Origin: Candidatus Eiseniibacteriota bacterium
GTDB taxonomy: Bacteria; Eisenbacteria; RBG-16-71-46
DNA length: 64,000 nt
Assembly (NCBI GenBank): GCA_963707915.1
Contig: OY970178.1
Span: 3,360,001 to 3,424,000 of the forward strand
Direction of reading: 5' to 3'
Shown: in pieces, positions 53,669 through 63,477 of the stretch
How the letters are laid out: the number at the start of each line of letters is the position of its first letter
Position numbering within the stretch: the stretch's first letter is position 1
The notes under the pieces: generated by a model
What the model saw: the letters and a program-made list of their open reading frames with translations, nothing else
The model's database searches: none
Told to the model about the DNA's origin: nothing
Program-made: the position numbers and the translations under genes

Positions 53669-54018
53669 CCAAATACGAAACCACCTTCATCCTCGAACCG
53701 GGGCTCGACGAGAACCGGGTGAACGAGGAGGTCGAGCGCGTATCGCAATGGATCCGGGAGCTGGGCGGCGAGGTGCTGGAGGTCCAGCGCTGGGGCAAGC
53801 GCCGGCTGGCCTACGAGATCAACAAGAAGCGCGACGGCATCTACACGCTGGTCCTCCACCTGAGCCCGGGCCCGGTGGTCAAGGAGATCGAGCGTCGGAT
53901 GAGCCTCAACGAGTCGTACATCCGCGTGCTGTCGGTGATCCACGTCCCGCCGGAGTTGACGCGGGCGCAGGCCGACGCCGAAGCGGTGGCGGCAGCGGCG
54001 GACGACCGGGACGACTAG
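53665..54018 (+). CDS. rpsF: 30S ribosomal protein S6
   Basis: YETTFIL.P, WGKRRLAYEI. Confidence 0.95.
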   Translation: MTKYETTFILEPGLDENRVNEEVERVSQWIRELGGEVLEVQRWGKRRLAYEINKKRDGIYTLVLHLSPGPVVKEIERRMSLNESYIRVLSVIHVPPELTRAQADAEAVAAAADDRDD

Positions 54019-54194
54019 CGCCGGGCCGGGCGGGAGCCCCCGCACGGGGGGCGATCGACCCGGGACCGGACGGAGCGGCGAACACCATGGAGCGGGCCCC
54101 GAGTGCAGCGGAGCGGCCGGGGCCGGGGATCCCGCAGCGGACCGATGGGGGCGGCACGGTGCCGTCCTGATCGACGGAGGCAAGAGAGCGACAC

Positions 54195-54437
54195 ATGGCC
54201 AAGGAACGAGAAGGCAAGAGCGTCAAGAAGAAGTACTGCAAGCTGTGCCTCGAGAAGATCGGCATGATCGACTACAAGGACGAGAAGCGGCTCGGCCGGT
54301 TCGTCACGGACCGGGGCAAGATCGTGCCGCGGCGCGTCTCGGGAGCGTGCGCCCGCCACCAGAAGCAGCTCACGGTCGCGATCAAGCGTGCGCGGGTGCT
54401 GGCGCTGCTGCCGTTCACCAGTGACTTCTATCGCTGA
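54195..54437 (+). CDS. rpsR: 30S ribosomal protein S18
   Basis: IDYKD, GKIVPRR, AIKRAR..ALLPF. Confidence 0.96.
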   Translation: MAKEREGKSVKKKYCKLCLEKIGMIDYKDEKRLGRFVTDRGKIVPRRVSGACARHQKQLTVAIKRARVLALLPFTSDFYR

Positions 54438-54477
54438 GCCGCGCCGCCAGGCGGGGCCGGAGTTCGTCTCCGGTGGA

Positions 54478-55452
54478 GTGGTCGGCAAGCACCCGACGTG
54501 GGTGAGTGCGGTCCTGCTCGTGGCGGTCCTCGGCGCGCTGGCGCTCCAGAGCCCGGCGCCGTGGTCCTGGCTGTGGCTGGCCGTGCCCGTCGCCGTCGCG
54601 GTGGCGTTGCTGCTGTCCTGGCGCTTCGGCGTCGCGGCCCTGGCGGTCGTGGCGGTGTTCGCCGGGGCGGTGGTGGCGGCGGGGCCGGGGCAGGGGCTGT
54701 GGGCCTGGTGGATCCCGGCGGCGGCCCTGGCGGGATCGTGGATGGGACTGCGCGAGGAAGGCGCCGGCTCGAACGCGGGAGAGCGCGCGTGGATGCTCGT
54801 GCCGGCCCTGGCGCTGGCCGCGCTGCTGCCGTGGCTGGCCCACTACCGCCAGCTGGTCGCGGGGGTGGAGCGCGAGCTGACGGCGGGCGACGCGCAGTTG
54901 ATCGAGTTGTTGCGGCAGGTGGGCACGAAGGCCGAGCGGCTGGGGGCGATGCAGAAGACCATGACCGAGAACGCGGCGCTGCGCCGCACCGCGCTGCCGC
55001 TGGTCATCCCGACGGTGCTCTTCCTGTGGACCGGGCTGCTGGTCTCGGCGGGCCGCGCACTGGCGGCACGCACGGCCGGGGCGCTGCGCTGGCCGCGGTT
55101 GTCGCGGGCGAGCCTGCGCGACTGGCGACTGCCGGACGGTGCGCTCTGGGTCTTCCTGGCCGGGCTCGCCCTGCTGGTGGCCCCGTGGCCGACCTGGGCG
55201 CCGACCGGCTGGACGCTGCTCCTCAACGCGGGGCTGGGGTATTGTGTGCAGGGGGTGGCCGTCGCCCAGTCGTACCTCCTGGCGCGGGGAGTCCCGTCCC
55301 CGGTCATCATCATGACCCTGTTGTTCTTCTTCATGATCGCCATGCCGATGTTCGTCCTCTCCACGGCGGCGCTGGGGCTCAGCGACGTCTGGCTGGACTA
55401 CCGAAGGCTCGAGCCCGTCCCTGACGGGGATCCGAAAGAAGGAGATCGCTGA
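54478..55452 (+). CDS. DUF2232/YybS-like membrane protein
   Basis: Multi-TM; WRLPD, QG.AV, GLSD.W.DYR; between rpsR and rplI. Confidence 0.8.
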   Translation: MVGKHPTWVSAVLLVAVLGALALQSPAPWSWLWLAVPVAVAVALLLSWRFGVAALAVVAVFAGAVVAAGPGQGLWAWWIPAAALAGSWMGLREEGAGSNAGERAWMLVPALALAALLPWLAHYRQLVAGVERELTAGDAQLIELLRQVGTKAERLGAMQKTMTENAALRRTALPLVIPTVLFLWTGLLVSAGRALAARTAGALRWPRLSRASLRDWRLPDGALWVFLAGLALLVAPWPTWAPTGWTLLLNAGLGYCVQGVAVAQSYLLARGVPSPVIIMTLLFFFMIAMPMFVLSTAALGLSDVWLDYRRLEPVPDGDPKEGDR

Positions 55453-55895
55453 TGGATGTCATCCTGCTGGAAGACTTGAAGGGTGTGGGCGCAAAGGGCG
55501 CCATGGTCCACGTGAAGCCGGGATTCGCCCGCAACTACCTGCTGCCCCAGCGGCTCGCCATCTCCGCCGGCGACAAGGCCGCGAACCTGTACAAGGAGCT
55601 GGAGCGCCAGAAGCAGTTCAAGGAGGACAAGCTGGTTGCGCAGGCGCGCGAGCAGGCCGCGCGGATCGAGGGCGTCGAGGTCAACATCCCGACGCAGGCC
55701 AACGAGGAGGACACGCTGTTCGGCTCGGTGACCAACGTCGACGTGGCCGAGGCGCTCGCCCGGGCCGGGCACACGGTGGACAAGCACCAGATCGAGATTG
55801 GTGAACACATCAAGCAGCTCGGCCGCTACGACGTGCCGGTCCGCTTCTTCGGCGGCGTGAGTGCGACGGTGAAGGTCTGGGTGGTGCGCGCATGA
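55452..55895 (+). CDS. rplI: 50S ribosomal protein L9
   Basis: VKPGFARNYLLP, LFGSVT. Confidence 0.96.
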   Translation: MDVILLEDLKGVGAKGAMVHVKPGFARNYLLPQRLAISAGDKAANLYKELERQKQFKEDKLVAQAREQAARIEGVEVNIPTQANEEDTLFGSVTNVDVAEALARAGHTVDKHQIEIGEHIKQLGRYDVPVRFFGGVSATVKVWVVRA

Positions 55896-57199
55896 GTGCT
55901 CGGCCGGGTCCGCGTGCCGCCGCCGCCCTGGCGGTGATGCTGCTGTTCGCCGGTGCCGGGACGCTGGCGCTGGCGGGTGTCACGAAGGCTCCGAAGGTCA
56001 CGAAGCGCGTTCCCCGGGCCGGGGTCACGGCGATCGCCGCGCCGGCCGACACGTCGCCGGTGCTGGCGCGCGTCGGCGGCCAGGCGCTCACGGTGGAGGA
56101 CGTCCGCCGGCGGCTCGAGGAGATCCCCGCGTCCGCGCGCGGGAACTTCTCGACCCCCGAGGGACGCCAGCAACTCCTCGACCGCATGATCGAGGAGCGG
56201 GTCTGGCTCGTCATCGCCGAGCAGGGCGGTGTGGCGGACCGGCCGCAGGTGAAGCAGCAGCTGGAGCAGCAGCGCCGCGACCTGCTCATCCGCACCTACC
56301 TCAACGAGGTGATGTCGGCGAACCCGGCGCCGGCCGATTCCGAGGCGCTCGCCTACTACAACTCCCACCTGGGCGATTACCGCACCCCGGCGGGGGTGAC
56401 GCTGCGCCACATCCAGACGAAGACCGAGGCCCAGGCCCGGCAGGTGCTGAAGCTGGCCCTGGGCGGGCAGGACTGGATGAAGCTGGCGCAGAAGTACTCC
56501 GTGGACACGCTCACGCGGGCGAAGGGCGGCTCGCTCGGGACGGTCACGCGCGACGGGCTCTTCCCGGCAATCGGCCGGCAGCCCGCGCTGGCCGAGTCCG
56601 CGTTCGTGCTGGGCGCCGGCAAGGTCGGCGGGCCCTTCCGGTCCGACCGGGGCTGGCACGTGATCCAGGTGGAGGAGATCCGCCCCGAGGGCGCGCGGCC
56701 CTACGAGTCGGTGAAGCCGATGATCCAGCGGCAGCTCGGCAGCCAGCGCGGCCAGGAGTTCTACCGGAAGCTGCTGGAGGAGGCCCGCCAGAAGCTGGGC
56801 GTGACGGCGGACTCCGCGGCTGTGAAGCAGTTCGTCTCGCAGAAGCGGGACGTGCGCGAGATGTTCAAGGCGGCCCAGGAGCTGGGGCCGCCGGGGGAGC
56901 GCATCGCCGCGTACCGCGACCTGCTCGACGCGTACCCGGACAGCGAGGTCAGCCCGCAGGCGCAGTTCATGATCGGGTTCATCCAGTCCGAGGAGCTCAA
57001 GGACTATGATGGGGCGGAGAAGGCCTTCCGCGAGCTGCTGAAGCGCTATCCACGGTGCGAGCTCGCCGGCTCGGCCCAGTGGATGGTGGACCACATGCGC
57101 AGCGAGGAGGCGCCGCCGTTCGACCTGTCGGAGGCGGATTCGAGCAAGGGCGCCCCGCCGTCGCCGGGCGCCGTCAAGGGCTCGGCCGTGAAGCCGTGA
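55892..57199 (+). CDS. Parvulin-type peptidyl-prolyl isomerase with C-terminal TPR
   Basis: LRHI, LAQKYS.D, GGSLG, GWHVI; TPR AQFMIGFI..YP. Confidence 0.85.
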   Translation: MSARPGPRAAAALAVMLLFAGAGTLALAGVTKAPKVTKRVPRAGVTAIAAPADTSPVLARVGGQALTVEDVRRRLEEIPASARGNFSTPEGRQQLLDRMIEERVWLVIAEQGGVADRPQVKQQLEQQRRDLLIRTYLNEVMSANPAPADSEALAYYNSHLGDYRTPAGVTLRHIQTKTEAQARQVLKLALGGQDWMKLAQKYSVDTLTRAKGGSLGTVTRDGLFPAIGRQPALAESAFVLGAGKVGGPFRSDRGWHVIQVEEIRPEGARPYESVKPMIQRQLGSQRGQEFYRKLLEEARQKLGVTADSAAVKQFVSQKRDVREMFKAAQELGPPGERIAAYRDLLDAYPDSEVSPQAQFMIGFIQSEELKDYDGAEKAFRELLKRYPRCELAGSAQWMVDHMRSEEAPPFDLSEADSSKGAPPSPGAVKGSAVKP

Positions 57200-57729
57200 A
57201 AGTCGTCGAAGCCCGGGTCAACGGTCTCCTGCTCGAGCAGAAGACCCAGCAGAACGTCATCATCCTGAAGGAAGTCGGGGGCGAGCGCATCCTGCCCATC
57301 TGGATCGGCCCCGGCGAGGCGCACGCGATCCGGCGGATGCTCTCCGGCGAGCCCTTCCCGCGGCCGCTCACCCACGACCTGCTGGTGCTCATCGTCGAGG
57401 GACTGAAGGCCCGGGTGTCCCGGGTCGTGATCTCCGACCTGCGCGAGAGCACGTTCTTCGCGACCGTGATGGTGCAGCGCGACGGCGAGGTGCTCTCCAT
57501 CGACGCCCGCCCGTCGGACTCCATCGCCGTGGCGTTGCGCGCCAAGGCGCCGATCTTCGTGAACGTGGAACTGCTGCAGGAACCGCCGCGGCGCGTCGAG
57601 GCCGAGGGCGGGGGCGAGGCACCTCCCGAGGCCCCGCCGCCGGAGCCCACCGACGAGGAGAAGGCCGAGCAGTTGCGGCGCTTCCTCGAGAAGCTCAACC
57701 CCGAGGACTTCGGCAAGTTCCAGCTGTAG
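57196..57729 (+). CDS. Bifunctional nuclease family (DUF151)
   Basis: LPIWIG..EA, RPLTHDL, DARPSD.IA.A. Confidence 0.93.
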   Translation: MKVVEARVNGLLLEQKTQQNVIILKEVGGERILPIWIGPGEAHAIRRMLSGEPFPRPLTHDLLVLIVEGLKARVSRVVISDLRESTFFATVMVQRDGEVLSIDARPSDSIAVALRAKAPIFVNVELLQEPPRRVEAEGGGEAPPEAPPPEPTDEEKAEQLRRFLEKLNPEDFGKFQL

Positions 57730-57730
57730 G

Positions 57731-58441
57731 TCAGTCGTAGATCTTGAAGTCGAAGCGGATGATGGCGTATGCCTCGGTGACACGGCCCGCGATGCGGTAG
57801 GGCCGGAAGCGGTATCTCCTCGCCGCCCCGATCGCCGCCGCTTCGAGCTCGCGGTCCCCCGGGCTCGACACCAGGTCCACGCGCGTGACCGCGCCGGTCG
57901 TGTCGACCACCGCCCCCAGCGCCACGAGCCCTTCGCTGTTCCGTTCGAGCGGGCCCGCGGGGTACTCCGGCCGCTCCATGTGCTCGACGATGAAGTCCTC
58001 CGACCTCATGACCGGGCCGCTGCCGCCGTAGATGACGCGCGCCCGGGTCACCAGGTCCTCCTGGGAATCACCGGCCCCGGTGCCCGGGCGGCGCGTCTCG
58101 GGCCGCGCGTGCGGATCGTCGGAGGTGGTGGTCTCCGTGCGCCCGCCCTTCACCGCCCGTGCCGAACGGTAGAGGATGGTGGGGCGCCCCGGCACCGGCC
58201 CGGGCGGGCCGCTGGTCTCGAGGATGATGCGTCGCACGTACTGCTCGGGGCCCTCGAAGCCGAAGCGCCGCGGGTGGTGCGGGTCCCCGAGGATGCGTTC
58301 CGTCACCGAGTGCCGCACGGTCGGCAGGAGGAGCAGGGCCTCGAACGACAGCAGCACGAGACTCACCCCCGCGCAGATCAGGGAGAGGCGCCGCTCGAAG
58401 CGGGCGCGCTCGTGGAAGAACCTCTGGCTGCCGTGGACCAT
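57731..58441 (-). CDS. TonB-family protein
   Basis: N-terminal TM; PEYP...EG.V...VD..G.V, A.RYRFRP. Confidence 0.8.
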   Translation of the reverse strand: MVHGSQRFFHERARFERRLSLICAGVSLVLLSFEALLLLPTVRHSVTERILGDPHHPRRFGFEGPEQYVRRIILETSGPPGPVPGRPTILYRSARAVKGGRTETTTSDDPHARPETRRPGTGAGDSQEDLVTRARVIYGGSGPVMRSEDFIVEHMERPEYPAGPLERNSEGLVALGAVVDTTGAVTRVDLVSSPGDRELEAAAIGAARRYRFRPYRIAGRVTEAYAIIRFDFKIYD

Positions 58442-58467
58442 CGTGCGGCTCCCGGGGCGGCCGCGGG

Positions 58468-60894
58468 TCAGCGGCCGGGCGTCCCGGTCAGCACTGCACC
58501 CCGCTGTGATTCTAGCAGGATTCCGCGGAATGGGGAGCGCGGATCCTCGACCACCACACCGATAGGCCCCGGCTCGGTGCGGAAGAAGCGGATGCGGCCC
58601 GACGCGTCGGTCACGAGGACGAGCGCGCCCCCCAGCGTCACCGCTGCGTCCGCCACCGGGAGCCCGGCCGGGTCGAGCAGGGTGAGCGAGTCGGCGGGCC
58701 AGGCCGCCTGCGGGGCCCACTCGCGCGCCAGTGCCGTGAACAGGGCGTAGCCCTCCGCGCGCAGGGCGCCCGGCGCGAGCAACCGCGCCTCGGCGGCTTC
58801 GTCGCCGAGCGAGCCCGGCGAGGCGAAGAGCGCGGGGCAGGAGGTCTGCTGGATCACGTACAGCGCCTCCCCGGCCACCTCCGGCGCGGCGAGGCCGAGC
58901 CCGGCCAGCGCCTGGGCGCTGCGTTCCGCCCAGGCCTGCCCGGCCGGACTGGCGGGGTGGTGGCCGAGCCGGGGGGGCGTGGCGCGGTGCGCGATGCGCA
59001 GGAAGCGCTCGGCCCGGAACGCCTCGCTCGCCTGTACGCGCTCGACCTCCGAGAGGGCGAGGTCGCCGTCGCGCGTGAGCCTCACCTCGGCGCCCGCGGC
59101 CGCGAGGAAGCCGGCGAGGATGCGCGCGCTCTCGAGGTTGAGCGAGGCCGCGCGGGTGCCGCCCGGGCCCTGCCCGGCCGCGTCCTCGCCGCCGCCCTCG
59201 GGATCGAGCACGATACGCCGGCCGTGCAGGGCGCCGCCGGCGATGGCGACGAAGCGCGGAGGGAACGTGGAATCCGCGGGCCAGGCCCGGTAGCCGGGCA
59301 GCGTCGGCACGTGCACCGCGCCCACCGGGTCGCGTGGCAGGCAAACGAATCCGTCGCGGTCGATCCAGCGCAGCGCGGGCGTCAAGCCGGCCGTCCCCGG
59401 GGCCTCGCGCAGCGGCTCGGCCCCGGGCATGCGCAGGGCGAAGCCGGTGCGGGACGGAGTGGAGAGCCCTTCGACGACCCGCACGTCGGCATGGGTCCGG
59501 TATCGCGGTGCGATCTCCGCATCGAGCATCGTGGGCGGGTCCTCGACGACGTAGAGACCGAGCTTCCCCTGCTTCGGCGGCGTCTTCGGCGTGCGCCCGC
59601 TGAAGGGCTCGCGGGGGAGCACCCGCCCGTCGCGGAAGTAGACCCGGCCCACGCCGCCGGTGACCGTGATGGTCGTGTCCTCCGGGGTGACGGCGACATC
59701 GCCGTCCGCCTGCACGCGCACGGACGTGGAATCGGTGAAGGGCGATCCCGCCTGGTCGAAGACCCGCAGTTCGAGTCCCAGCGGCTGGCGCCCGTCCCAG
59801 GCCGGCTGGCCCGGGAACGACGCGGAGATCGAGCCGGGCGGCAGCCAGATCGTGAACTCCACCGCCCGCTCGCGGGAGGAGCCCTCGCCGGAGAGCGCGA
59901 CCTGCAACGTCGCGCCGTGGCGGCCACCCGCGAGCGGCGCAGGCGCCTTCCAGGTCAGCTCCGCCCCGATGCGCAGCGGCGCGACCTCCTGCCGGTCCAC
60001 GGTCATGCGGATGCGGTCGAACGCTCCGCGCACGGTCGCTTGCAGCGTCGGGGCGGCCGGGGCCCGCGGCGGGTCGCCGGCCACCCCGGGTTCCTCCGTC
60101 CCCCGGACCACGAGCTCCTCGATCACCGGCACCTTGCGCGCGAAGGTGCGCGCCAGGCCGAGGAAGATCGCCTGGGCCTCCAGCTCCTGCTTCTCGGGCA
60201 GCCGCAGCCGGGCCTCGACGTCGGGGTTCGTGATGTAGCTGGTCTCGGTGAGCAGCGCCGGCGCGGCGCTGCTGCGCAGCATGTAGAAGTTGCCGGGCAC
60301 GACCTTGTTCACCCGGATGCCCACGTTGCGCACCAGCGCGCGGTGCACGTCCTGGGCGGCGTCGAGCGAGGGGCCGTCGTCGCCGAGCTTGTAGTAGGTC
60401 TGGGTCTCGTTGACGTCGTGGGCGCCGCGCGGGTCGGCGTTGTGGTGGATCGAGACCAGCAAGTCGGGCGCGAACGCGGCGACGAGCCGGGCGCGCTCGG
60501 CCAGGTCGGCCCGCAGCGTGGAGTCGGCGGGGGAGAGGAAGTCGCGGTCGGTGGTGCGCGTCAGGAACACCTCGGCGCCGCGCGCGGCCAGCAGGTCGCG
60601 CAGGCGCAGCCCCACGCCCAGGTTCACCTCGGCCTCGGCGAGGCCGCCGACGCCGAGCGCTCCGCGGAAGACTCCGCCGTGCCCGGGGTCGAGCGCGATG
60701 CGGTGCCCCGCCAGCCCCCGCGCGTCCGCGGCGGGGAGCGTGTCGCGCAGGCGCTCGTAGCCGGGTGCGGGGCGTGGCGGCACGGGCGGGCGCCGCGGGA
60801 ACACGGCGCAGCCGCTGCCGGCGAGGGCGCCGAGCGCGAAGGCCAGGACCACGGCCGGCCGGGCGCGCATCCCTGCGCGGAGGACGTACTTCAT
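58468..60894 (-). CDS. N-acetylmuramoyl-L-alanine amidase lipoprotein with two amidase domains
   Basis: LAGSGC lipobox; LDPGHGG, E.EVN, SIHHNA, LTE; second domain LDPEGG; start may be 60870. Confidence 0.85.
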   Translation of the reverse strand: MKYVLRAGMRARPAVVLAFALGALAGSGCAVFPRRPPVPPRPAPGYERLRDTLPAADARGLAGHRIALDPGHGGVFRGALGVGGLAEAEVNLGVGLRLRDLLAARGAEVFLTRTTDRDFLSPADSTLRADLAERARLVAAFAPDLLVSIHHNADPRGAHDVNETQTYYKLGDDGPSLDAAQDVHRALVRNVGIRVNKVVPGNFYMLRSSAAPALLTETSYITNPDVEARLRLPEKQELEAQAIFLGLARTFARKVPVIEELVVRGTEEPGVAGDPPRAPAAPTLQATVRGAFDRIRMTVDRQEVAPLRIGAELTWKAPAPLAGGRHGATLQVALSGEGSSRERAVEFTIWLPPGSISASFPGQPAWDGRQPLGLELRVFDQAGSPFTDSTSVRVQADGDVAVTPEDTTITVTGGVGRVYFRDGRVLPREPFSGRTPKTPPKQGKLGLYVVEDPPTMLDAEIAPRYRTHADVRVVEGLSTPSRTGFALRMPGAEPLREAPGTAGLTPALRWIDRDGFVCLPRDPVGAVHVPTLPGYRAWPADSTFPPRFVAIAGGALHGRRIVLDPEGGGEDAAGQGPGGTRAASLNLESARILAGFLAAAGAEVRLTRDGDLALSEVERVQASEAFRAERFLRIAHRATPPRLGHHPASPAGQAWAERSAQALAGLGLAAPEVAGEALYVIQQTSCPALFASPGSLGDEAAEARLLAPGALRAEGYALFTALAREWAPQAAWPADSLTLLDPAGLPVADAAVTLGGALVLVTDASGRIRFFRTEPGPIGVVVEDPRSPFRGILLESQRGAVLTGTPGR

Positions 60895-60975
60895 GCGCGG
60901 GCACGATAGCACCGGGCTCGCGGGAGCGGTAACCGGCGGGCCGGGCCGGCCCCCGCAGCGTCGGGGACCCGCCGG

Positions 60976-63477
60976 CTACGCCGCCTTCCGCGTCTCGGCC
61001 TGGCTGGCGGCGAGCCGGACGGCGCGCATCACGTCGTCGATGGTGAACGGCTTGGCGAGCACCAGGTCGGCGCCGGCCGCGTCGGCCGCGCGCCGGTCCA
61101 CGTCCTCACCCCACCCGGTCACGAAAGCGATGGTCATGGCGGGATCGAGCGCGCGCACCTTCCCCGCCAGCTCCCAGCCCGTCATGTTCGGCATGCCCAG
61201 GTCCGTGACCAGCAGCTGGAAGGCGCCCGGCCGCAGCTCGCGCAGGGCCTCCGCGCCGGAGGAGAACGCGACGGCGCGCTGCCCGAGGGCGAGCGCGATG
61301 TCGCGCAGCACCTCGCGTACCGGTTCCTCGTCGTCCACGATCATGACGTCGAGGGTGGGCAGCGTCTCCGCGGCGGCCTCGGCGGGCGCCGGGGCCCGGG
61401 GAGCGGCGGTCAGGGGGAAGGTGAGCTCCATGCGGGTCCCGGCGCCGGGCCGCGTGACGACCTCGATCCTCCCGCCGTGCCGCTGCACGATGCCGTACAC
61501 GACGGACATGCCCAGGCCGGTGCCCCCCGCGCCCTTGGTGGTGAAGAACGGGTCGAACAGCCGGCGCTCGGTCTCCTCGTCCATGCCGATGCCGTCGTCG
61601 GCGATCGTCGCGATCACCTGCTGTCCCTCGGTGCGGACGGCGGCGCGGATGGTGCCGCCCTGCGGCAGCGCGTCCACGGAGTTGAGGATGAGGTTCGTGA
61701 AGATCTCCCGCAATTCGTTGGCGCGGCCGGCCACCCAGGCGCCGGGCAGGGAATCGAGCACCACGTCGATGGTGTTCCCGGACACGTGCGCCTCGTCCTC
61801 CCAGCGCGGCCGCGTGAACTCGATCGCGTCCATGAGCATGACGTGCAGGTCCACGGCCTCCGTGGCCGCCGGCTGGGACGACTGCCCGAACTGGCGCATC
61901 CGCCGGCTGGTCTCCCGGCCGTCATGGGCGGCCCGTTCGATCACCGCGAGCGCGGACGCCAGCTCCGCGGTGGAGAGGCCGCCGGAGTCGAGTTTGCGCG
62001 CCAGCAGCTGGGTGCGCCCGACGATGGCGCCGAGGATGTTGTTGAAGTCATGGGCCACGCCGGCGGCCATCTCGCCCGCGATGCGGAGCATCTCCGAGTG
62101 CACCAGGTAGTCGTGGGCGCGCTGCAGCTCCTCGATGGTCGCCTCGAGACGCGCCTCGAGCTGTCCGGCGTGCAGGGCCGAGGACAGGTGGCTGGCCAGC
62201 GCGATGACGACGTCGGTCTCCCGCTCGGGGAACGCGTCGGGATCGTCGGAGAGCGCGAACAGCACGGCGGCCGGCGAGTCGGGCAACTGCAGGGGCACCG
62301 CCAGGCCGCGGTGCAGCCCTTCGGCGATCATCGCGCGGCAGTACGGGCAGTCCGAGTCCGGGTCGGGAGCGAAGCGCGCGGCGGCCTCGCTCATGCCATC
62401 CAGCCGGCCGAGGAGGTGCTCGTGCGCGGGCGTGCCCGGACGCAGTCCCGCCCACGGCGCGGGCGGGTCGAAGTGGACGAACACCGGGACCTGCGAGTCC
62501 GGGGACGGGACCGCCAGGGCCACCCCGCGCGCCCGCGTGACGCGCCTGACCTCGCGCGCCACGGTCTCGAAGATGCTGTCGGGGTCGTGGGCCACCCGGC
62601 TGGCGCGCGCGATGCTGAGCACGGCGGACGAGGCCGTCCGCATCGCCTCGGCCTCCGCCTCGGTCTCGCGCCGGGCCGCCTGCAGCGCGGCCGCCATGGT
62701 GTTCATCGAGCCCGCCAGGTCGCCCAGCTCGTCGGAGCTGCGCACCGGCAGCCGGCGTTCGAGCTGCCCGGAGGCGATCGCGCGAGCCAGGCCGCCGGCC
62801 TCGCGCAGCGGACGGATGATGAAGCCGACGAAGAGCGACACGGCGAAGTAGCCGAGGACCGCGGTGAGCACGAGGAGCAGCAGGCCCATGTGGGCCGCGG
62901 TCCGCACCGCCCGGTGCGCCTGTTCGGTCGAGACCACCAGCCGCACCCAGCCCAGCCGCCCCCCGGCCGGGGTGCTCGCGGGGGCCGGGAAGCCGAAGAG
63001 CTGGCTCACCTCGTCCGGCGCATCGGCCCGGCCCAGGCGTGTGATCGGGGCCATCACGTCGATCACCTCGCGGCCGTTCACCCGCCGGCGCATCACGATC
63101 GTGGCGCCGGGCGCCGCCCCATCCCCCGGGTTCCCCAGCGCCGTCCACAGCGTGGCGTCGGGCGCGAGCCGGGCCAGCGCCGGGCCGCGCTCGGGGTAGA
63201 TGGCCGCCGCCTGCAGGTCGGGCTCGCCGAGGGCGCGCTGCACCTGGCGCTCGAGCTCGGAGCGGTCGTTCACGACCAGCGGCGTCGTCGCGCGCTCCGC
63301 CATCAGCCGGGCGAGCGAGCCGGCCCGCGACTCCAGCTGCCGGTACTCGCGGTTCCACGTCAACGTGGTGAGGAGCACCTCGAAGCCCACGCCGGAGAAC
63401 AGCACGCCGGCCGTCAACAGGACGGTCATGCGCGTCCCGAGGTCGTGTCGGTGCCGGGTGGGGGAGCGGAGCCTCAC
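60976..63477 (-). CDS. Hybrid sensor histidine kinase (HAMP-GAF-HisKA-HATPase-REC)
   Basis: DELGDL, AHDFNN, FFTTK..GTGLG, VDDE, TDLGMP, KPF; GTGA overlap with upstream gene. Confidence 0.92.
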   Translation of the reverse strand: MRLRSPTRHRHDLGTRMTVLLTAGVLFSGVGFEVLLTTLTWNREYRQLESRAGSLARLMAERATTPLVVNDRSELERQVQRALGEPDLQAAAIYPERGPALARLAPDATLWTALGNPGDGAAPGATIVMRRRVNGREVIDVMAPITRLGRADAPDEVSQLFGFPAPASTPAGGRLGWVRLVVSTEQAHRAVRTAAHMGLLLLVLTAVLGYFAVSLFVGFIIRPLREAGGLARAIASGQLERRLPVRSSDELGDLAGSMNTMAAALQAARRETEAEAEAMRTASSAVLSIARASRVAHDPDSIFETVAREVRRVTRARGVALAVPSPDSQVPVFVHFDPPAPWAGLRPGTPAHEHLLGRLDGMSEAAARFAPDPDSDCPYCRAMIAEGLHRGLAVPLQLPDSPAAVLFALSDDPDAFPERETDVVIALASHLSSALHAGQLEARLEATIEELQRAHDYLVHSEMLRIAGEMAAGVAHDFNNILGAIVGRTQLLARKLDSGGLSTAELASALAVIERAAHDGRETSRRMRQFGQSSQPAATEAVDLHVMLMDAIEFTRPRWEDEAHVSGNTIDVVLDSLPGAWVAGRANELREIFTNLILNSVDALPQGGTIRAAVRTEGQQVIATIADDGIGMDEETERRLFDPFFTTKGAGGTGLGMSVVYGIVQRHGGRIEVVTRPGAGTRMELTFPLTAAPRAPAPAEAAAETLPTLDVMIVDDEEPVREVLRDIALALGQRAVAFSSGAEALRELRPGAFQLLVTDLGMPNMTGWELAGKVRALDPAMTIAFVTGWGEDVDRRAADAAGADLVLAKPFTIDDVMRAVRLAASQAETRKAA

